A stretch of DNA of 39,207 nt from Reclinomonas americana ATCC 50394. Taxonomy: Eukaryota. Under the pieces are notes generated by a model that was given only the letters and a program-made list of their open reading frames with translations, did no database searches and was not told the origin of the DNA. The DNA lies in assembly GCA_048213135.1 (NCBI GenBank), contig PS015064.1, positions 62,001-101,207 of the forward strand, written 5' to 3'. Both the position numbers and the translations under genes were made by a program. Shown one piece after another: positions 1-8,780 of this stretch (position 1 is the first letter of the stretch; each line of letters begins with the position of its first letter).

Positions 1-330
1 GCAGCACGACATGCCAGTCCTCGTTGAGAGATAATGCANNNNNNNNNNNNNNNNNNNNGGGCAGTCGAAAGAGAGTGTCGCTGGACAGCAGCGCGATGCA
101 GTGGAGCGCCACCTCGAGCCACCACCCTGCTTGTCCATTCTGCCGATTTCCCATCGACGAGTCCCATGTCAGTCATCGAAAGCCCGCACGCATCAACGAA
201 GCCACATTGCTCTCACACTACCGTCTGTTGTGCGAGGTGCTGGCTGCAGCCTGGCGAGGGATGGACGACGTCTCGGAGCAAGGCGGGAGAAGAAAGGCGG
301 GAAACAGTGACAATCCGGATATCCCGCAGC
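1..330 (+). repeat. Conserved upstream element of WD40 paralog A (putative promoter/5' region)
   Basis: Aligns with 3666-3975; ~75 bp from 75 is identical. Confidence 0.85.
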
Positions 331-367
331 GAGCAAATCGCACACACACACGCATGCACGGCGGAGA

Positions 368-1557
368 ATGGCAACAAAGGTTGAATCTGCGCATTCGCGG
401 GGTTGGTGTCTGTGCGTGCATTCGTGTGCTCGTGCATGTGTGCGGTCGTTGTTTGTGTGTTTGTGCATGTGCGTCTCACCGCGAGTGATTGATGCAGATC
501 ATTCAGAGTCTCGATATGGTGCGATTCGTCGCCATCGCTCCCGATGGCAAGCACATTGTTGGTGGGTGTGTGGACGGAATTATTCGAGTGTGGTCTGTGG
601 CGAGTGGCAAGGAGGTGCGACGGCTGACGGGACACTCTGATGTGGTGTTTTCTGTCGCCATCACCCCTGANNNNNNNNNNNNNNNNNNNNTGGCAAGTAT
701 ATTGTCAGTAGCAGCTGCGACAACACTGTACGTGTGTGGTCTCTTGCGAGTGGAGAGGAAGCGCGACGGCTGGAGGGACACACCAGCACGGTGTACTCTG
801 TCGCCGTCACCCCTGATGGTCAGCTTATTGTCAGCGGCGGCTTCGACAAGACAGTGCGTGTGTGGTCGTTGATGAGTGGGAAGGAGGTGCGACGGCTGCA
901 GGGACACACTGCAAGGGTGTTGTCTGTCGCTGTCACCCCTGATGGTAAGCACGTTGTGAGCGGCGGTGGAGANNNNNNNNNNNNNNNNNNNNCAACACAG
1001 TGCGAGTGTGGTCTCTGGCGAGTGGGGAGGACGTACGACGGTTGGAAGGACACACTAACTGGGTGATGTCTGTCGCCGTCACTCCCGATGGTCATTACAT
1101 TGTGGGTGGGAGTGGGGACAACACCGTGCGAGTATGGATGCTGGCGAGTGGAGACCAAGTGCGACGATTGGAGGGACACACTGGTGCGGTGTGGTCTGTC
1201 GCCGTCACTTCTGATGGTCAGCACATCATCAGTGGGAGTGGGGACCGCACCATTCGGGTGTGGTCTCTGGCGAGTGGCGATGAAGTGCGACGGTTAGAGG
1301 GACACACGGACCTGGTGATGTCTGTCGCCGTCTCTCCCGATGGCCAGCACATTGTGAGTACGGGTGGCCAAGATAAGACCGTGAGAGTGTGGTCGACGCC
1401 GCGTGGCCTTGCTCGCCTCGAACTCCACGCTGCGCGCTCGGCCCTGCAGGCTGTGCAGGAGATGCAGGAGGAAGAAGTAGATTCACGATGCCTTCCCGAG
1501 CTGGTTCTGCGCTGTTTCATCGTCGAGGATGCCGAGGTCGTCCTTTTCTGGTGCTGA
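368..1557 (+). CDS. WD40 7-repeat propeller protein, paralog A, with helical C-terminal tail
   Basis: Exon 1 ATG GCA ACA AAG (368-379), intron GTTGAA..GCAG (380-497), exon 2 498-1557. Deleting the 20-N gaps at 671-690 and 973-992 restores one frame (TPDGKYIV; GGGDNTVRVW). Seven SVAVTPDG..D.TVRVW repeats of ~42 aa. Confidence 0.9.
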
Positions 1558-2043
1558 GAAGGTGAGTTTGAGAGAGGGAAGGTGGCTGCTGGTGATCGTG
1601 CGTTGTTTTTCGTGTCTTATGAGGGAGAGTGGGTGGGGAAGAGAGGACGACAGAGGAAGAGAGAGAGGTTGTTAAGGAAGAGTTGTTCTCTGTGTTTGTT
1701 GCCCTTTCATGTGAATGTGATTGTGCGGGGGTGAAGCATGTCTCCCTCTGTGTGCGTGTCTCTTTCTCACCTCCATTTGTGTGCAAGTGCGATGAATCAA
1801 TTGGAGTCTGTGATTTCTTTTCCCCTCGTTGTGATGTCTGTTGTGCGTGCATCTTTTGTCGCTGATATACGTGCCTCAGGAGAGCGAGTCACCGTTGTCT
1901 GTTTCCTTCGCGTCTTGCTTTGCGCACCTCCTTGGTGCCACTTTTCTTCCTCTCATTGTGCATGTGCGCCGCGGACAGTCTCTTTCCGGCTCTGCAGGAT
2001 GCATGTCATTCCGCTCTCGAGCCCCTTCCTCTGTCCCTTGTAG

Positions 2044-2079
<36 letters not shown>

Positions 2080-2643
2080 CTCTGTGTGCTCATCTGCTTC
2101 CCCAGTCATCCACCCCTCCTTGCCGCACACGCTCGAGGCCGAGCATGCTTCCCTACTCATGATGCACCGACTGCCATCCTGCCAGTCCATCATGGTGAGC
2201 TTCCCGATGCCGAAATGTGTGAGGTGACATGACTGCGTTCCGATTCTTCTCTCCCTCTCCTTTACAGGATGGTTGTGTGAGCGTCCCTTGGCTTGCTTCT
2301 TGACAAACGCGCGTTGGTATTAGCTGCTGATCGGTGTGTTCGTCGTTGAGACAGAGCAGATATCTCTCTCCACGTCCTCCATTCTTTCGCTCACAGCACA
2401 CCGGCATGCAGGCACCTTGGAAACACGTGCTCCTCGGTGGCCGCGATGCTGACTGGCGTGTCGTGCATTGCCCGTTGTCGGCTATCACCTCACTCACTCG
2501 GCTCCCCACTCGCATCCCACCAATGCACTCAGCAGGTGTGTGGACTTGTTCGGCGTGATCTCTCTTTCCGCTTTCCCTCCCACTCACCTCAGTCGTGTAG
2601 GTCGTGCATGCCATGGAGTGTGTGACGAGGTGGGCATGTGTGC

Positions 2644-3452
2644 CGTGATGTGCGACATGGTGGCTGGTCGGTGGATCGTTTTTCAATCCCGACTGGCAAG
2701 TCGGAGCGAATCAATGATGTGCGCTCCTTGGTTGTCGCTGTCACTGCCGAGTGATGCTGGTGGTGGTCATAGGAGATTGAAGACGCGTGCGTGTCCAGCA
2801 ACATACGGTGCGTGCGTGTTCTGCACGTGCGTTGAGGAACAAGTTGACGAGACTAGTACTTGACGATTGACTGACTCAATTCTGTGTCACAGGCGTGCTG
2901 GCAAGTAATTGTCCACTGGGCAACACGTGGTTCCGTGCCTCACAGTACATGCATGAGACGATTTACCGACCGACTGTGAGTGTGATTGAAGGCCCGAGGC
3001 ATTGATTGTGATGTTGGTGAGAGGAGGCGAGTCTCACGACGCAGCTGCCTCTTCCACCGCTTGCTGTCGTGATGTGCGACATGGTGGCTGGTCGGTGGAT
3101 CGTTTTTCAATCCCGACTGGCAAGTCGGAGCGGATCGATGATGTGAGCTCCTTGGCTGTTGCTGTCACTGCCAGGTGACAATGGTGGTGGCCACGGGGGA
3201 CTGCAGACACATGCTCGGCCAGCAACACATGGTGCGTGCATGCATTTCTGCATCTGCGTTGAGGAACAAGTCGGCGACTCAGTTCTGTGTGTGATCTGAA
3301 CACAGGCGTGCTGGCAAGTGACTGTCATGCGATGACACGTGGTTCCGTGCTTCATAGTGCATGCATGAGACGATACACCGACCGACTGTGAGTATGATTG
3401 AAGGCGCGAGGCATTGATTGTGACTTGGGGGAGGGGAAGCAAGTCTCACGGC
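2644..3452. repeat. ~420 bp tandem duplication (2644-3037 / 3068-3452)
   Basis: The first ~65 bp are identical and the remainder is alignable with substitutions and indels. Confidence 0.85.
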
Positions 3453-3665
3453 GCTGCCTCTTCCGTCGCTGAGCTGCTGAACTGGTCGCTTCTCTCCTGT
3501 TCCTCGTGTCTCTCCTTCTTCGTTGTACCATCATCGTGCCCTCATCAACCTCGCTGTGGGCCGATCCAAGGAGGTGTGCGGTATCGATGACTCGTCGTGC
3601 TTACTCGATTCTCCGATGTGCTCTGCGGTGGCATCAGCACACCAGGGCCACAACTGCGTATCCAA

Positions 3666-3975
3666 GCAGCCCGACATTCCTGTCCTCGTTGGCAGAGAAT
3701 GCAAGTCAGTTGATATGAAGTGTCGCTGGACAGCAGCGCGATGCAGTGGAGCGCCACCTCGAGCCACCACCCTGCTTGTCCATTCTGCCGATTTCTCATC
3801 GACGTGTCTCGTGTCGGTCTTCAAAAGCCGACACGCATAAAAGAAGCCACGTCGCTCTCATACTGCTGTATGCTCTGTGGGGTGCTGGCTACAGCCTGGC
3901 GAGGGATGGACGACGTCTCAGAGCAAGGCGGGAGAAGAAAGGCGGGAAACAGTGACAATCCGGATCCGGAGCGAA
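3666..3975 (+). repeat. Conserved upstream element of WD40 paralog B
   Basis: Direct repeat of 1-330. Confidence 0.85.
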
Positions 3976-4133
3976 CACATCACACACACGCAAACGCTCG
4001 CGAGAACAGACTCTTCGTGACCACCACCGCAGTAGAGTGCCGACCAGGTGGTTTGCTCTCCGAAGAGCGCAAGTCAACAGAAGCGAACCTGCAACGAGAG
4101 GACACGAGAGTCATTTATCCTTCCTCTTTTCCA

Positions 4134-4207
4134 ATGACAACCAAGGTGCGCTCACACGCGCGTGTGTGACAGGGGATTCGTGTATGTGGCTGCTGCTGCT
4201 CTCTTCC

Positions 4208-4249
<42 letters not shown>

Positions 4250-5323
4250 TGCCCATCTCAGTGTGCATGGTCGACACAGATCTTGCGGGGCCACACAGAC
4301 GCGGTGAAGTGTGTCGCCGTCACTCCCGACGGTCTGTTCATCGTGAGCGGTGGCTATGACGGGTCTGTACGTGTGTGGTCACTCGAGAGTGGCGAAGAGG
4401 TGCGACGGTTAGAAGGACACACTGACAAGGTGTGGTCTGTCGCCATCTCTCCCGACGGCCAGCACATTGTGACTGGCGGCATGGACAGGACAGTGAGAGT
4501 GTGGTCCTTTCCGAGCGGAGAGGAAGTGAGACGGTTTGATGAAGCTGTCGGAGGAGCGCCGTCTGTGGCCATCTCTCCCGATGGTCAACACATTGTGAGT
4601 GACACTCACGCTGGTATTTTGCGTGTGTGGTCGCTGGCAACTGGCGGAGAAGTTCGACAGTCTAAGTATCGTTGTGGTATGGTGTGGTCCATCATTGTCA
4701 CGCCCGACTGCCAGCACATTGTGGGCGGAGGTGAGGACACCATACTGCGAGTGTGGTCTCTCGCGAGTCGCGATCTGGATGAGGTGCGACGGTTGGAGGG
4801 ACACACTAGTGCGGTTTGGTCTGTCGCTGTCACTCCCGATGGTCGGTACATGGTGAGCGGAAGTCGAGACACAACTGTGCGATTGTGGTCTGTCGCGAGT
4901 GGAGAAGAGGTGCGGCGGTTGAAGGGACACACTGGCTGGGTGCTCTCTGTTGCCGCCACCTCCGACGGCCAGCACATCGTGAGTGCGGGTGGCCAAGACA
5001 GCACCGTTCGGGTGTGGTCGCTGGCGAGTGGCGAGGAAGTGCGGCGGTTGGAGGGACACACTGACTCGGTATGGTCTGTTGCCGTCACTCCCGATGGACA
5101 ACACATCGTGAGTGGCAGTCGGGACGGGATGATCCGTGTGTGGTCCACGCCGCGTGGGCTGGCGAGGCATGAGCTTGCGGCTGCACGATCAGCCGTGCTG
5201 GCTGTCAATGAGCTGCTTGCTGACGACCACCATGACTGGAACCTGGTCGACGTCGTGCTGCGGTGTTTTGTGCTGGAGGATGCAGCGGTGATTGAACGCC
5301 GTGCGCCAGAGTGGTTGATGTAG
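4134..5323 (+). CDS. WD40 7-repeat propeller protein, paralog B
   Basis: Exon 1 ATG ACA ACC AAG (4134-4145), phase-0 intron GTGCGC..(CT)n..CTCAG (4146-4261), exon 2 4262-5323 in frame (CAWSTQILRGHT). Seven WD40 repeats, then tail STPRGLARHELAAARSAVLAV..VVLRCFVLEDA. Confidence 0.93.
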
Positions 5324-5449
5324 AGAGTGTCGTCCCTGTCACAGTGAATGCTGGGTGCGTCGCCGCACGAGAATGAATACAAGCAAGTCGATTCATTTCA
5401 GTTGGATCAATAGCTGGCTACTTTGAACTCACGTGTACGCGAGAGCGGA

Positions 5450-6456
5450 ATGTCGACAAAGGTGTGGGCGTCTGCGTGTGTGTGCGAGAGAGATGCNNNN
5501 NNNNNNNNNNNNNNNNNNNNNNNNNNNNNNNNNNNNNNNNNNNNNNNNNNNNNNNNNNNNNNNNNNNNNNNNNNNNNNNNNNNNNNNNNNNNNNNNNNNN
5601 NNNNNNNNNNNNNNNNNNNNNNNNNNNNNNNNNNNNNNNNNNNNNNNNNNNNNNNNNNNNNNNNNNNNNNNNNNNNNNNNNNNNNNNNNNNNNNNNNNNN
5701 NNNNNNNNNNNNNNNNNNNNNNNNNNNNNNNNNNNNNNNNNNNNNNNNNNNNNNNNNNNNNNNNNNNNNNNNNNNNNNNNNNNNNNNNNNNNNNNNNNNN
5801 NNNNNNNNNNNNNNNNNNNNNNNNNNNNNNNNNNNNNNNNNNNNNNNNNNNNNNNNNNNNNNNNNNNNNNNNNNNNNNNNNNNNNNNNNNNNNNNNNNNN
5901 NNNNNNNNNNNNNNNNNNNNNNNNNNNNNNNNNNNNNNNNNNNNNNNNNNNNNNNNNNNNNNNNNNNNNNNNNNNNNNNNNNNNNNNNNNNNNNNNNNNN
6001 NNNNNNNNNNNNNNNNNNNNNNNNNNNNNNNNNNNNNNNNNNNNNNNNNNNNNNNNNNNNCATCTCTGTCTGCCTGTCTCCCCACACTCTCCCTTCTTGT
6101 GTGTGTGAGAGAGATCGTGGTTGCTTTCCTGACTCTCTCTCACCCACTCCGTCTCCTTGTGTATGTGAGGTCTGCCTGTCTCCCCACACACGCACACACA
6201 CACACACACTCTTTCCTTTCAGAGAGAGCATGGCCTTGCCGACTTTGTCTCTCTCACTTTCACTTTCACACACACACACACACACACACACTGTCTCTTT
6301 GCGTCGGCCGCGATACGTGTTTGTGAGGTCATGTTTGTTTGTCTCCATCGCTCCTTTCTCTCTCTCCTTCTCGCTCCTTTCTCTCTCTCTTCCTGTTTGC
6401 TCCCTCTCTCTCTCTCTCTCTCTTCCTCACCTTTCCTCCCTCCTTTTCCTTCTCCT

Positions 6457-6493
<37 letters not shown>

Positions 6494-7754
6494 CACTCTC
6501 TCTTCCTGTGTGTGAGAGAGAGCACGGCTGCCTTCCTGACTTTCCCTCTCCTCCGCTCTCTTCTCCCCCTCGCCTTCGCTCCTTTCTCTCTTCTCCTCCC
6601 TCATATTTCCCTTCCTCTCTCTTTCTCCCTCTCTGTCACTCCCTCTCTCTCCTCCCCTCCCTCCTATTTCCCTCTCTCTGCCTCCCCTCTCCCTCCTCCG
6701 CTGGGTGCTGTCTGTTGCCATCACCCCAGACAGTCGCCACATTGTGAGCGGCAGCTGGGACAACACCGTGCGCGTGTGGTCCCTCGCGAATGGTGAAGAA
6801 TTGCGACGATTGGAGGGACACACTGCCGCAGTGCATTCTGTCGCCGTCACCCACCGTGGTCAGCACGTTGTTAGCGGGAGTGCTGATCAGACGGTGCGCG
6901 TGTGGTCCCTCGCGAACGGTGAGGAGGTGCGACGATTGGAGGGACACACTGGAGTTGTGCTGTCGGTCGCTGTGAGCCGTCGCGGTCAGCTCGTTGTCAG
7001 CGGGGGTGGGGATCGGACAGTGCGAGTGTGGTCGCTGACAAGCGGGAAGGAGGCGCGACGACTGGAGGGTCACACTAGCCGAGTGAACTCGATCGCCGTG
7101 TCTCCTGACGACGAACACATCGTGAGCGGGGGCGGGGACATGACAGTGCGCGTGTGGTCGCTGACGAGTGGAGAGCAAGTGCGTCGATTGGAGGGACACT
7201 CCTCCGAGGTGATGTGTGTCACGATGACGCCGAACTGCCTGTACATTGTGAGCGGGAGCGACGACACAACCGTGCGAGTGTGGTCCGTGGCGAGCGGAGA
7301 AGAGGTGTGGCGGTGTGAGGGACACACCGATAAGATGCGGTCTCTCGCCGTGACTCCCGATGGGCAGCACGTTATCAGTGCAAGTGACGACGCGACCATT
7401 CGAGTGTGGTGCATGGCGAGTGGAAAAGAAGTGTATTGGTTGAAGGGGCACATCAGTGGGGTGACGTCTCTCGCCATCTCTCTCAACGGACAGCACCTTG
7501 TGAGTGGGAGTGACGATATGACGATCCGAGTGTGGTCCACGCTGTGTGGCCTCGCCCATCTCGAGCTCGACTGCGCGCGATCGGTCGTGCTCACGGTCAA
7601 GGAGATGCAGGAGGCAGGCACCGGAGAGGAAGTGGATTCGCGATGCCTGCCAGAGATGGTGCTGCGCTGTTTCATCGTCGAGGAGGCGGAAGTTGTGGTG
7701 CACCGCAGACGCCTCGTTGACCAGCCACTGTTTTGGAGTGAGGAGGGCGTTTGA
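5450..7754 (+). CDS. WD40 7-repeat propeller protein, paralog C (5' junction unresolved)
   Basis: Exon 1 ATG TCG ACA AAG|GTGTGG (5450-5461). Open WD40 frame ~6702-7754 with seven repeats and tail LPEMVLRCFIVEEA. The interval contains a 564-N gap and a CT tract, with no AG directly before 6702. Confidence 0.78.
5497..6060. other. Assembly gap (20-N gaps also at 39-58, 671-690, 973-992, 37730-37749)
   Basis: Runs of N. Confidence 0.99.
6061..6700. repeat. CA/CT microsatellite and polypyrimidine tract
   Basis: (CA)n, (CT)n and C/T-rich low-complexity sequence between exon 1 and the WD40 frame of paralog C. Confidence 0.85.
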
Positions 7755-8059
7755 TGGGTGACGCGTGGGCGAGGCCTCTTTCTTCGTTGTGTGCCTTGTG
7801 GCCTATCAAGGGTGAGGCCTCGCTTTCTCACAGCTGAACGGAGGTCTCTCTCACTCTGCATGCCAACTCTGAATCTCTGCGGGCTCCTTGGTGCAATTCT
7901 CGGATCCGATGACCGCGACCACATCGCCTCCCATTCTGTCGTTCGCTGGCTGTAGTCTGTGCGAAGTTGACTTCCCTCTCCTGTTGGTCACTGTCTTTGT
8001 TTTCCTGTGTGCTTTTCCCTGTTGCCTGCATTTTGCGCGGAGGTTGACTGACGAGCACT

Positions 8060-8620
8060 TTCTCTCGTTCTTGGTTTCCTATACTATACGCGGAGACTGG
8101 CACGTGAGCGCTCTTGTTTTCTTGCTCTTATTTGCCTCCCATTCTCTCTTACTTGGTTGCTCCGTGCAGCTGTGTACTATTTTCTTGTTGCCCGTGTTCT
8201 ACGCGGAAACTGGCACGTGAGCCTCCACTTTTCTCGCTCTTCGTTGCCCTCTGTTAGTTGCCTCTCCTTCTCTCGTACTTGGTTGCTCCGTGCTGCTGTG
8301 TACTATTTCCTGCTGCTGATGTTCTACGCGTAGACTGGTACGTGAGCCCTTCACTTTTCTCGCTCTTCGTTGCTGCCTATTTGTTGCTTTTCATTCTCTC
8401 GCACCTGGTTGCTCCGTGCAGCTGTGTACTATTCCTGTTGCTGACGTTCCTCGCGGAGACTGGCACGTGAGCCCTCCACTTTTCTCGTTCTTCGTTGCTC
8501 TCTGTTCGTTACCTCTCCTCGAGCTCCTCTCGTACTTGGTTGCTCCGTGCAGCTGTGCTTCTGCCTATGTTCCTCGTGGACCTTTCTCGTTCTTCGTTGC
8601 TCCCTGTTCTTTGCCTCTCC
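8060..8620. repeat. Minisatellite, ~115-125 bp unit, 4-5 copies
   Basis: GAGACTGGCACGTGAGC near 8093, 8205, 8331, 8455 and TTGGTTGCTCCGTGCAGCTGTG near 8153, 8279, 8406, 8536. Confidence 0.9.
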
Positions 8621-8780
8621 TTCTTTCGGTTCTTAGATGTTCATCCTTACCGGCCAGTAGAGTGGCTGATGACGCCTCACGATCGCGTGCTTGTGTGGAT
8701 CGTTGTGTGCGTCTTCCTCCCACTCGCGTGACTTCTCTTTCTCCCTCTACAATGTAACTTGCAATGGTTCACTGGTTTCC

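Noticed and set aside
671-992. Apparent frameshifts splitting WD40 paralog A into three ORFs
   Set aside because: Caused by 20-N placeholder gaps; removing them gives seamless codons and exactly seven repeats.
5407-6850. ORFs spanning the N gap and CT/GA tracts
   Set aside because: Artefacts of Ns and microsatellites.
368-7754. Diversity-generating retroelement acting on the WD40 repeats
   Set aside because: No reverse transcriptase and no template/variable pair differing only at adenines is visible in the window.
4409-7924. Long antisense ORFs over the WD40 genes (e.g. 4606-5382, 6636-7703, 7070-7924)
   Set aside because: Shadows of repetitive GC-rich coding sequence with no independent protein features.
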